From Pecten maximus (Eukaryota): DNA of 64,000 nucleotides. Numbering within the stretch: the first letter of the stretch is position 1; each line of letters starts with the position of its first letter. Positions 24,586 through 37,289 of the stretch are shown here, piece after piece. Made by a program: the position numbers and the translations under genes. Location: assembly GCF_902652985.1 (NCBI RefSeq), contig NC_047021.1, forward strand, positions 40,734,001 through 40,798,000. Reading direction: 5' to 3'. Below the pieces are notes generated by a model that saw nothing but the letters and a program-made list of their open reading frames with translations, was not told the origin of the DNA and did not search any database.

Positions 24586-27496
24586 TAATGTAATGGTGCA
24601 GCAGGGCCGTTGCTAGAACAGGTAGACAGTCAAGGTTCACTAATGTACTCTTTACTTTTTGATTAAACCACTTGTTTACCCTAACCCAGTTGAAGATGGA
24701 AAGTGGACGAGCTAGACAGGTCGTCCATGGCGGACTAAGAGTTGAGACATCTATGGTTGGGGGATTCGGTACCCGGAATGCGGGTATTACTGTCTGGTTG
24801 AAACGTTGCAAGAGGAAGTCTCTTCGGCTGATGTAGAAAAGGTGGACATAAGGGTAGAAAATATGGGACGAAATGTCCTGGTCAATATCGTGTACATGTA
24901 AACAATAGAACAAAGGTATCCAGTCTCGTAATTGTTGGAAATCACTCTTTTTCTTCACAGTTCACAGTCAAAACTAAAATTGCACAGATTTTACAATTTA
25001 AATTTACCTTGTTGTAAGGCAACACAAAAATTAAACCCTTAGCAATGAGCCGACTACATTCTAACTGGTCTCAAAACCGCCATCAAGTTAGTTTGTTAGC
25101 TAAAAGTTCTTAACTGCCCATCAACACAATAAAGGTCATTAGGGCCAAAAATGGTGAGTGGAAATTATGAGAAAATTGGACTAAAGACGAAACGACATCA
25201 AACAAACGAAAATTGTAAAATATAAATAAAGGTATACTCACGATTAGCTTAAAATCAAAAAGTTGCCATGGTTACTCAAATCTTGAAAACCGCCATAAAC
25301 AACGTATATATATATATATATATGCATAAAGTACATTGCATAACAATTGTAATCATGTAACTGTACATAGGCCAGCTAACGGTTCCAATTTTACGATTTC
25401 GCATCGTGACTTATAACTACACAGTTTTTTCATTATTGGATTTTCAGCGAATACGTAACAAGTCATTTAAGATTCAAGATCATAATATTATCAAACTTAA
25501 ATATTAATTGTATTTATTTATATTTTTATTTTACACAATTATTCGCCAAAGATATAGTAAACAAAAGATACGCTGACAAAGCATTGCTGACTTACAAGAA
25601 CAAAAAATATTATTTTCTTATATAAGAACAACATACAAACAAACTATCTGCATCATTAATCTCAGTATTACAACATAATGTATAACAAATTCAGATACAA
25701 TATTCGATATCCATACCTTACCACGGCATCGCATGACATGAAATATCATGCGTAGGCGTAATGCAAGAGACATACATTGCGGCCGGTCAATGTTCTACCT
25801 CCCTAACAAGTTCCAGAATTCATGTGGGGAAAACTGAAGTAATGTGTTCGTATATGAATGCATTTACTTCCCATCCAATGAAAAGCATTCATAATATCTT
25901 ACTAGGACAAAAGTCCGACAAAAAGTGTACGAGACATCAGTGCATGCGAGTCAAATTGCTTTTGATAATTACATTTACAACAGAAAATGATTTCTTTTTT
26001 CAATTTTTAGTCGCATACTACTGGCTCCTGCCCAACCATTTCGTAATGGAAAATCCCGGATATTGTCAATTATAAAAAAAGATTATACCATAGTGACAAA
26101 ATCACCCTTGATTTTATCTATATTTGTATGGTGGGTGTCGTTGATGAAGCAGAAAACGTTTGCCCTTTTGAACACCTGGGACCAGTTTTTTTTTCAAATA
26201 GAGGTTCCCCAACGAGTGGAGGTTACCTATCATTTCTATCCATCTCCAGTTATTTAATTTTCTAAGTTTGAAAAGACACGAGCTTTAGCTGGTGTCTTTT
26301 CAAAATTAGAAAATTAACCATCGAGAATTGACTAATAATTATAAACAATCGTCACGAGTCGGGGAACTTATTTAACCCATAACTTCCTTACTTACAAATG
26401 TTAGCTTGTCAAGTTCAAGTTCTTCCAATGCAGCAACTAAATTTTGTGAGCCGAATCCTACGCGACAAAATTTAGTTCGTTAAAAAGGAAAGTTTTTTTT
26501 ATCTATTTTAGATGCACAATTCACATCTTCTGTAATATATTTTTAAATGATATAATTTTACAAAACGAATTATCATTTTGACAGTCCTTGGCTCTGTGTG
26601 TTTTATTAATATGTCACTTGTTTAAATGACTCCGCTCAAATATATTCAAAGACGACACCGTCTTCGTGAAGTCACCGCTGAGTATTAGACTAATCATTGT
26701 CAGATTTTATCATAGGTCCAATCCTTGGTTTCGTAGGTAGGCTATTACTTATTATTGTGATGTTAAATGTTCATCCTGAAATTTATTAATTCCAGACACA
26801 ATGCAACAATTTCGGAAACTGAGCTAGAGTCAGAGCAATGTGTGTATTTCACGTTTGTGAGTGTGTTTACACGAAATCATTTATCAGTTTACGGACAGGA
26901 GACAAATGTTTCAAAAAGGATTATTTTATTTTTGTGTTTGGGATATATATTCGTAATAAAGGTAAGTAGAATGATAGAAAGATAAGAAAGTGTTGGTTTT
27001 TTTGTATTTATTTGTTTATTATTATTTCTTATTTTCGTACATTATCCGTACCGAATGACACTGGCTGGGCCTATTGTATCAGGGAAAGGGAAGTTCTATG
27101 CTTAGGTCTACGTTAGATGCTGCGACTGTTTCATTTAAATGGCTACCATAAGGGACAGCGATTTACCCATTTTGTAATAATTTGTTTCATTGTTTTGATA
27201 ATCCATGGCTATTGGGGTCCACTGCATATCGAGAATCACGGGGAATGATGTGCAGTCAGTTTTTGTTCGCTATGATCAATTTAATTCAAACCCAAGATTA
27301 ATCGGCTCTCCCATGCGGACACCCCTCTCAGCCGGTAATGCTAATGTTGAACCTCGGCAAATCCACTTTGAACTGTTGATGACAGACGACAAAAGAGAAT
27401 AAGTGAGAGTAGTCAAAGTAGTCAAGTAGTCAAAGACCAGAGGTTATCCAATCAGATTTATTGGGGATCACAAACGACCAATCGGAGGCTTTAAAA

Positions 27497-27893
27497 TAGA
27501 ATTGTCCCTGCTGCCCCATTGCATGATCGTAAGACGCGACTAAATTTGGGATCTTATCTTTTCTCTTCTTTCTTAACAACTTTCTTCTTCCTAATGTGTC
27601 CCTCGACAATGCCTTACTTTTTGCCTTTAGTTGGGCGTTCGCCAATGTGAGGAAGGCTTTTGGTTTTGAGTATAATGTGACCGGTTGGGGTGTCCTGCTG
27701 GGTATCTTCGGCAGTATGCTTCAGTGAGGTAGCACTATATATCGGCAAAAGCTCCGGCCTATCACAAGGAGACTTAACACGAACGCAGTCTCCCAAAACA
27801 CACATACGCACTCACCACACCCATCCATATCGCACGCACGGGAGGCCGTCCTTAAATGACATTAACTGTTGGTAGGACGTTAACCAAACCAAA
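27497..27893 (+). mobile_element. Meta/Deu-type SINE with 5' extension and internal deletion
   Basis: Contains ATCGTAAGACGCGACTAA extension, tRNA-like head, AGTATAATGTGACCGG body and GTCCTTAAATGAC..AGGACGTTAACCAAACCAAA tail. Confidence 0.85.
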
Positions 27894-27906
27894 TTATCAT
27901 GTGCCA

Positions 27907-28063
27907 TATCAGTTGTGAAACAAGCGTAGTTATGGGATAAAGGTTATTAGCTTCAGCGCTTGATTAGTTAAAATCTTATCTCTCCTTTAGTTTAAAGTGC
28001 GTGTACTCCTGAAAATAGGAGTATCACTTGTGAAACAAGCGTAGTTATGGGATAAAGGTTATT
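27907..28063. repeat. 42-bp direct repeat pair, 115 bp apart
   Basis: TATCA(G/C)TTGTGAAACAAGCGTAGTTATGGGATAAAGGTTATT at 27907-27948 and 28022-28063. Confidence 0.9.
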
Positions 28064-28064
28064 T

Positions 28065-28449
28065 ATGGTGGCATATTTCTGCCTTCACGTTGCCGACTTA
28101 CGGCATAGAGATGTCGACATATTTCAGAGAAGATGTCAACATCATACAGAAATATGTCGACATAAACCGAAAAAAATAATTCGACTTATAAGCTTAATTG
28201 CCGAGATAATAACGCCGTGGTAACTATCTAGGAAGTTGGAAACTCGGCTTTATATCGCACGGTGGCATATTTCTGCCAGCCACTTCCTTGATAATTATCA
28301 CGGCAATATTATCTTGGTAAGTAAACTATTATGTCGACATATTTTTCGGTTTATGTCGACATATTTTGTATGATGTCGACATTTACTCAGAAATATGTCG
28401 ACATATTTAAGTCGAAGTCGGCAACTCGATGTCAGAAATATGCCACCAT
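28065..28449. mobile_element. MITE with long TIRs and internal ATGTCGACAT repeats
   Basis: ATGGTGGCATATTTCTG ... CAGAAATATGCCACCAT; imperfect arms of about 170 bp. Confidence 0.85.
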
Positions 28450-28789
28450 CATTATCAACTCGGATACATGTACTTAATATACACACCGATGTTTTGATTA
28501 AACTGCAAGGTAAGGCATTTTGTAAATTTAGTGTTTTGTATGCTAACCAAAATAGTGACTCCCGAGATTGAGTTAAAGTAATCACTGTCCGTTCTCCTCT
28601 TTGATGCTGGAGTAAAAATGTTTTCGTTAATATATTTAAAATGTAACAAATATAGAATATTACGATATCCCGACAAACACCAAACTTCCCCATATTCATA
28701 TGTATGAGTATATCACAAACTGTTTGTATCCACCTAGAGATGTTATTAACCGAACGGGGGTTTACCCTAATATCTAGTAAGCGTGATGT

Positions 28790-29400
28790 ATGCATTTAAA
28801 AAGTATGACAAACATTTATCCACTGTTGGAAAGATCTTTGAAAGAGTGAACTTAAAGCATCTGTATAACAATTTGATAGAACATTATCTTTTATACAAAC
28901 ACACTCGGATTCCGTGCATGGTCATCTTAAAGTTGACCAACTCATTGATAAACGAACTGCACTTGAAGAAAAAAATTTACATGGGACACTTTTTTGCGAT
29001 ATTTCCAAAACTTTTGATGGGGTTTAGAATTGAGACCTGTTGGTTAAAGTGAAATCGTAAAGTATTTTAGGTGAATAACATTCTTATGTTACACAGAAAT
29101 TCAAAGATTTTTTTTAATTGTTCTTACTCGACTATAAGTTTAATTGAGGCTGGTTTTCCTAAAGGACCAATTCTTGGCCCTTATCCTCTGTTATTTATCT
29201 GAACGATACTGCAGATTTGAAGACGATACCTTCATAATTGCAGTCATCGGTGTCTTGCCTTGCAATGAGACATTTTTTAAAAGATAAAGATCCAGATAAG
29301 TTAAATTCATAAGCTTAAATCTGACTGGTTACTTTTGATTTAATCCTGATATGTTAGATTATTTATCAGCAATTCTATGAGCTTATATATTAAAAGTTTA
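28790..29400 (+). mobile_element. Decayed CR1-type reverse transcriptase fragment
   Basis: LSTVGKIFERV..KHLYN, FCDISKTFD and AGFPKGPILGP RT motifs, with stops and frameshifts. Confidence 0.8.
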
Positions 29401-29799
29401 ACTTGAACATATTCTTTATGTTTTTGAAATATAACATTAAAATTTGAATGTACTCGAAATTAACCGCTTGTCTGTTATGACTCCATAACGTAAAACAAGT
29501 ATTCAAGTTAATTTAATCTATACCCTGCCAAACTTCACTTTATTGAAGAACTCTTTTCTCTTTCAAATCATTAGGCTGCACCATCCGCCTTTCAAAGGCG
29601 ACGACGATATCCACACGATATCATGTGCGTTATGAACTGATAACATAAATTTCTAAGCCAATAAAAATGCTTGTTGCAAACAAGATAAGATTATTTTGAA
29701 CTAGAATTGGGGGAATTATTATTTCTGATTATCATAAACATTTAGGTTTAACTTTTAAAGCTAATACAGACCGTGTGATAGCATTGTGGTAGAAACAGG

Positions 29800-29970
29800 T
29801 CACACGACTCGTGATTTTCGGATATGAAAATTTCACACTCGTAAGTTATTTTTTAAACGTTACAAAAGACACTTGCTAAAGCTCGTGTCTCTTGTAACTT
29901 TAAAAAAAATTACTTACTCATGTGAAATAAATTCTATATCTAACAACCACTCGTTGTGTAACCTCTATAT
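29800..29970 (-). repeat. Palindromic element related to the left end of the 23965/62685 repeat
   Basis: Ends in ACAACCACTCGTTGTGTAACCTCT, the reverse complement of AGAGGTTACACAACGAGTGGTTGT; internal inverted arms. Confidence 0.7.
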
Positions 29971-30259
29971 CTCTCAACATGATTCCTTTTGGTGCAGTGA
30001 TATGAGGAACAATATTCGTGACGTTGTCAATAAATGATGTCGTTTTGTCTGATGTCACCATATTAAGTATATTTTTTACTTCAAAAACTTTCGTTCAACC
30101 TGACTGAAAAACGGTTAATCATAAAATTTGAAATTTGGTCTTTTCGGTCCATTGCTTTCGATTCGAATGATTAGTACCGTCACTAAACAAGTTGACGGAT
30201 CAAAAGTGAGAAAATTTGACCACCATAAAAAGGAGGGGGGGATTTTACAAATGTCGACA

Positions 30260-31135
30260 CACATGATGTCATCGTATGTAATGCACTCTAGACTTGCTGG
30301 ATATCGGAAACTTTAATCTGTTTTGTTTTATAGTGCCTGAACAAACTTAAATAATTTTACTTTCTTATGATTTCATGAACAGTAATATTGGAAAGAAACT
30401 CCATGTTTCGCTGTTCTATTTCATCGTGAACCTTGTCTCGAATCACGGTGATTCGATGTCAATTTTTTCGCTGTTTCGCATTATATTTCAACCGCCCCCA
30501 TCTTCTCAAACTAGGTTAGTATATACATTTCAAAACAACAATGTCTTCTGTGAAATGAATAAGAGGAAACCATGCTCGGTGAATAACAATGACTGAACAC
30601 GATGACGATTAGTACAATGAGTAACATATCCTATTTATCAGACATCTTTCATCTTCGTCATATGCTTCTTCTAGTCTTTTATAAGAGAAAAAAACCAGAA
30701 CGCATGATTTGGTGCATTTTGCACTTTATGAACAAAATGAAAGGAAAACTTTCTGTAAACGTCCCTTTGTCCTCTTATAGGAGAAAGCACAGGAAGAGTA
30801 TGATTTATAGCCCCCTCTTCACGGCGGTTTCAAATGATAATGATACCAAGGAGTTTTCTGTTTTATCTAAGCTCTGTATCAATATCTTTTGTTAGTTGAC
30901 CCTGGCGATAATTTGCATCCTTGACCGACTTCCACATTTCCTGTAGACAGTGCGTAAGAAATGAACCTTCTCTCCTTTCGCTGGGTACGTAAAAGGCGAC
31001 TGAATTTGGTATCGCATTGTTACTTTTCTTTCTAAACAACTTATATTCAAAATCACCGTTTTGACCTTATTTTTCCTCTTTAGTTGACCGTTCACTCCTG
31101 AGAGGAAGGATTTGGGTTCTATTCTATCTAGGTGG
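30260..31135. repeat. Old local duplication B, copy 1 (ends in a decayed SINE 5' part from about 30940)
   Basis: Collinear with 33060-33985 (shared GTAATGCACT..GGATATCGGA.ACTTTAATCTGTTTT and TATAGCCCCCTCTTCA.GGCGGTTTC). Confidence 0.8.
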
Positions 31136-33059
31136 GACAAATAGGAGTTTGTAGAAAATACTAAAACATAAGAAGATAATCTCCTTCACTAGTTAGCACT
31201 GGCAATTCATACTCGGGGCATGGGTTCACATATATGAGGCGATGCGTCACGTACCAAAATTAGGTCACTCTGACCTATATTGTGACATTTATGCTACACC
31301 AAAGAAACTATGCTTTCCAGGCTATATCTCCTACACTTCTTAATACTAGGACTTCATACTTGAGACATGAGTTCACCTCACGATTGAATTTATTGATTAA
31401 AATGTTAAAATGAAATTGAAGATTTATGTTAAATATTCTACTTTTTTTTTTCGAGAACAGTCGCTTTTCGTCGTTACGTCACAAGAACATGTCTCATTCA
31501 CAATGAGAAATTTGAATTTGGAATGCAATAATACGTTACAGGTTAGAGATATAAATATTAAACTGACTGTTTAGGAAAGTTATTGTCCCATATGTTCCAT
31601 AGAACATGTTGAAGAAGGCCGTTAATTGCTTTAATAAGTACTTAGTATTAGCCCTGTGAGAACCGGCGCCCGATAGAGGAAACGTAGCAAATTCTTTTGA
31701 ATTGGCTTTTTAACCAATAGTAAGGTAGAAAGGAATAAAAAGGTCAGGTACATCAGGCGATAAACTTTTAACTAATTAATCTCCCCGTTTCTAGACGTGT
31801 TCCGGAAATTTTGTTTTACTTTTTACCTAGACATCTACTCAATGCGAAAGCTATGACGTGATGTCCGGTATCGACATTTACAATAAGAAAGCTGCATGTC
31901 TAAAACGGGGGCAGGGTAGGGGACCAGTATTTTGGCTGAATCCTCCCCGGCCAAATGTTATAATGTTGTAGAATAATCAATATGTAACCGAGAAATTGGA
32001 ATCATCACGGTAGTGTTAAGCTGTCTTTGTTAGTTAAGTTCTAAGCAAAGGTCAGGGAAATATTTTGCAATAAAGTAAATTGTCTATAAATGTTGGTATA
32101 TTGGATCGACATACTCCGAAAATGTATTCTAATTTAAAGAAATCACATAGCCAATATTATCTTAAGATTATTGAAGAATTTGGTGATTTATAAGCTTCAC
32201 GGTATGGTTTCAACAGAGGATGCACAAACCAGGCATAAAATTGTTCAAAAGTTAAAAGGTTGGTTTAGCTTATTGATGACACTTGATCGGCATTTCTTTA
32301 CGGAATACTGGTTACATCTCCAATTTTTTTTTACTAAATATCCGTCATATAGATAGAATTAGAAACTGCAGTGTTATTTCTTATCATTATTCAATCATTA
32401 TAATCAAAGTAATAAGAAAATATCTTCTTATATTTTTTTTGTTAGTCTCTAAGGTACAAGGCAAGGTCTATAGGTTACATCATATATAAATGTATATATT
32501 ATGTTAAAATTTTCCATTAACATTGAAGATATTAAAAAAATCTTCGTTTTTAAAATATGACATTCGTGATGCGGATACAAATGTTCGTATGAAAAGGAAC
32601 AAGCGCAAAAACATCTTCCTCGGTGGTCATACTTCGACCCAGAGGGCATCAGTAGCTTGCGATAATAGACTACATCATTCCTGCTAAATGTCGTGTGCCG
32701 TTATAAATATATATAAACGTTCACAGGCAGTCGAAAGAAAAATGAAATGCAATACAGTGTGATGATCAATACAAGTATATACACTTAGTAGGGTGTGTTT
32801 TCTTAAAGATCCTTAATTTTCTTTGAAATCTGATAAATTGAATCGATGATATGACTCAATTTTTAATATCAAAACGCTGTTTTAGTCAGCATGTGAATCA
32901 TTTCATTTATTGGAATATTAATTTTCTTAAAGATGAATGTTCCATCTTGGATTACTAGGGCTAAAATTTTTCCCAATGGAAGGCAATACAATAAAAACAA
33001 AATACGTAATTACACTTAGCAATGGAAATCCGAGTAAATTGTTTACTTTGCCACAAATA

Positions 33060-33985
33060 TCGTCACAAACATCATCACCCGTAATGCACTTCTGGCCTTG
33101 TTGGATATCGGACACTTTAATCTGTTTTAAACTTATTGCGCCTGAACAAACTTGCGTATCTTATTTTCTTAAGACTGCATGAACAATGATAATGAAAAGA
33201 AACGCCGTATTCAGCAAGGTGCTGCTTTTCTTTTTTATCATGAACCTTGTGTCGAATCTCGATGCTTCGATGTGTATGGTTCACTATCTAGCGTTATATC
33301 TCAGCTGTCACATTGTCTGAAACTAGGTCAGCATATACATTTCAAAAGAACAATGACCTCTGTGGAAACCAGGCTCGGTGCATTCCGATGACTGAATACG
33401 AGAACGATGAGTAATGTATCCTGCTTAACAGACATATCCCAAGGTTATGCAATCTTTTATCTTCGTATAATCGTTCCTTTTGGGTATGAAGGTCGACTGC
33501 TTATTTTTATTCAAAGAGAAGAATTCCAGAACATATGATTTATTTTGCACTTAAATGCAAATTTATTTTTGCAAAATGAAAGAAAACCTTCCTGTATACG
33601 TTACTTTGTCTTCTTTTATCATAACAAAGAAAGGACTAGTATTATCTATAGCCCCCTCTTCATGGCGGTTTCTAATGATAATGATTCCTAATAGATATCT
33701 GTTTCATCTAAACTCTGTATCAATATCTATATAAGATGCCCCTGACGATGATTTACATTATTGACCGACTTGGATTTAAACGACCTTTTCCTGGCCTGTA
33801 AGCATGGCGTACGAGTTGTACTTGCTGGTTCTTCTCGGGTTGGAATGCATATTTACTTTTCTTTCTTAACATTGTTTTCAAAAACAAATGTTTTCATAAT
33901 ACCTGTCTTGACTCTGTTGCACCTTAAGTTTTTAATTGACCGTTCACTCCTGTGAGGAAGGCTTTGTGTTTTGTCCCTTGGCCGA
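33060..33985. repeat. Old local duplication B, copy 2
   Basis: Paralogous to 30260-31135. Confidence 0.8.
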
Positions 33986-34545
33986 GACAAACCATGGTTT
34001 ATAAAAATGACATTTGTTATTCTGCTAACTCTCACCATTTTGGAAGTTAGATGAGTAATTCGCCCGTTGTCAGTATGATGTGACTGTATGTATGTGCCAT
34101 ATTGCTGATGGCTTAAGGTAGCATACTTAACTAAGGTTCACTGTAGAACTATATGGTCGGCATCAGTTCTGCGCCATCATAAGCATACTGCAGCTTTCCA
34201 AAATACACATATACATGTTCACACTCATCACACACACGTAGCTCACAAGGATACAGCAGCCTTCCTAAACACACACATACGCACTCATCACACACATGTA
34301 GCTCACAAGGATACAGCAGCCTTCCTAAACACACACACATACGCACTCATCACACACATGTAGCTCACAAGGATACAGCAGCCTTCCTAAACACACACAT
34401 ACGCACTCATCACACACATGGAGCTCACAAGGATACAGCAGCCTTCCTAAACACACACATACACGCTCAAAATACACATGTGCCTCACACACAAGCAATG
34501 CCTTCTTTAAATGTTCATAGGAAGTTAAATAAATAAAAAAAAAAT
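33793..34545 (+). mobile_element. Old Meta/Deu-type SINE with an internal tandem expansion (about 60 bp x4, 34225-34490)
   Basis: Degenerate extension, head and TTCGCCCGTTGTCAGTAT body. Repeat unit CTCACAAGGATACAGCAGCCTTCCTAAACACACACATACGCACTCATCACACACATGTAG. Confidence 0.75.
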
Positions 34546-37289
34546 GGGGGAAAAAACAAAGCTTACGGTCTTATCTTTGATGTTCCATCTATCACGTTCT
34601 TTCACTACAAAAAATGTTCGGTATTCATATATTTAGCATCCGTGACGTTCACAACGCCCTTACAATTTAAAACTGTACCACTAAATCAAAGTTCATTAAA
34701 AACTCGAAGCATGTGCTACTTGAATAAATTGGTGATTTTTGTCATCATTTCGCCAAAGGTCACACATATATAATGGATAAATTACACTAAAAATAGCCAT
34801 TTATCATACCTGCTGTGAACAGTCATTGTGTAATTCATAATATCTACGTGGTATGCATACAAAATAGGAACAACCGCATAGATATCTTCTTCGGTGGTCA
34901 TATTTTACGTTTATCATATGCTAATTGGTCACTATTCTAAATAATACTAAACGCTTCCCTGAAATGAATGTCTTTCCCATTCAAATGCCATTTAAAACGC
35001 CGTGTGCATTTTGAAGCGTGCTCAAACAGAAACTATTTACCATACAGCTGTTTTCGAATCAATTACTAGTGAAATCAGATGTAGGCGTAATATAGAAGCA
35101 ATGCAGTAAGCATGTGGAGACTAACGAAGAAACAAAGAAATTCGTGAGTGTGTGAAAAGCATATGGTACAGCATAACACCATTGGTATTCTAGAGGATCA
35201 GCCATTTTCAGGTTGTGTAATATTCGATAATTCTCTTTGTTGAAACCAATTTTCAATGGAATGGAATAATCTTTACCTTCGAAGGATTGATTGATTGTGT
35301 TGTGGGATTCGTTGAATGTGGACAAACCTTTCCAATGGATGAAGATATGTGTGTATACTATGTGTTACATGTGTAGCTGCATGATTTGGTGGAATTTACA
35401 AGTACATTCATTCAGCCAGGACACCGGGATTATAAGCAGAATGGAGCAAAGGAGATAGTTGAAATATTTTGTGGATGGGATGCATTCAAGAAAGTCTTAC
35501 TAACTTGTTGCTATATCACATGGGTAAATAATACCATCATTCTAAGTAAAATATTAATGTACTGTAAGTTCCAGCGGTTTTGCAAATTTTAAGAGGTTAG
35601 CACAATGATCAATTAGCCAATCTACGTTTAATGCTCTAGGGGAAAAGATATAAAGAAAACGCTGTCATAATTCAGAGCTATGCGTCTAGTGCGAAAAGCA
35701 CAGAAATAGCATGGCACTATCCGGATCGATTATACTGACAACGGATTCGCGTTGTTATGTTTTCATTTACATTCCTCTCAAAGCGCCAAGGAGGTAGAAT
35801 ACCATTTTGTCGTTAATGTAAACATCATCCCATTGTCATTTCAAAGTTTCTCTTTGCGGGTATAGATCTGTTAATATATAAGAAATATGTATTAAACGTT
35901 TTTGAATGCTAGGAGGTTATATTCGTGAATAGCTTAAATATTTCTGAAGTTATTAGGTGTCGGCACAAATTGTGATAATGTAGTCCATTCGTAATTTCCA
36001 ACAACTTAAGATTAGACAACGGAGCCTTCTGAATTATTAATACTGTACACATTAATGGGATTTTATTGATTTTTCCTCTGAAAGCGCTCCATTAAATTGA
36101 ATTCAATTGCGGTAATTATACCTTCCTTAAATTGATTTCTACGGCAAGCATTTTTGATGATCTAATATTCTGTTAATTATGTATTACATATTAAGTATAA
36201 CTAAGCCATAATTATCAAAATGTGAAAATATTTACACAATAATTCTAGTAATAATAATAATAATAATATAATGAAAATTCTTTGTATTTATCGATGATGT
36301 TACACCTGATTAAGCTTAAGGCTAATCTTCCTCGTGGCCCTATAGGTTAGTGAACGAGTTCGGTACATATTGATGGGTATACGTAAACATTCTAAAATAG
36401 AAAATAATCATATATAATATTTGTGGATAAGATAATCGTTACATACTTAAAATGCAGGAATATTTATGATAGTACATGCCATATAATATACAGCTAGAAA
36501 CCTAATTTTCACAGAAAACACTAATATGCTAATATTACTGAGGTGCAATGGCCGGATTCTCATATACGTACATGCTATCATAGCAGAGATATGAAAATAT
36601 GCAGAATATATGCTAATATACCATAAATTTAAATTGGTTCTTATATTTAAAACCTCCTATATATATATATGATTGCTCTATTTCTAAAAGTGATAAATGA
36701 AAGCAATGATATCGCATCACTTGAACGCTGATTCCGGATTTGACAGCCCGATACCATTAAATGACTAGATTAAAATTGATTCCTGTGTCGTATGATGTGC
36801 AAAAGATCCTCTTAGAACGCAATTACACAAAATCATATGATGATATATTCGTTTCGTTTCAACAGGAAAGATACAGTACCTAATGAAATCGTACCGAAGC
36901 TACCAGATGGTGGCTAACATTTCGCGGATTAGTCGGAGAATGTATCCCGTTTTTAAGTGAGATATAGAAACGAACAGCTTTACTTAAGACATTCTGATTT
37001 TAATGTTTATACATAATGTCGTTCGATCGTGATTATACTAATGTAAGATACTTTAAAGTAATACTTTACAATGGTCCTTGACTGTACTTTAACTGGAAGC
37101 CTATATGAGTGGTAGTTGTGCACAATGGTAGTAACCGGTAAATTTAACTTATCTTAGATTTGCAATGCGCGTATCTTCATTGTTCATCAACCATGTTGGA
37201 AATGTTTAACCGACATTATGTCTACGCTGATATTGTTATTTAAGTTATTTGCACAAGTGGATTCATGGAAGGATAACCGTTCTTACATA

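Noticed and set aside
24566-24958. 130-aa minus-strand ORF
   Set aside because: Non-ATG start, no recognisable motif, and it lies among repeats.
26256-26316. Hairpin resembling a terminator or pre-miRNA
   Set aside because: AT-rich palindrome similar to the core of the palindromic repeat at 29800-29970; most likely a TE remnant.
35059-35592. Short ORFs on both strands with a nearby GTAAGT
   Set aside because: No recognisable protein family or consistent exon structure.
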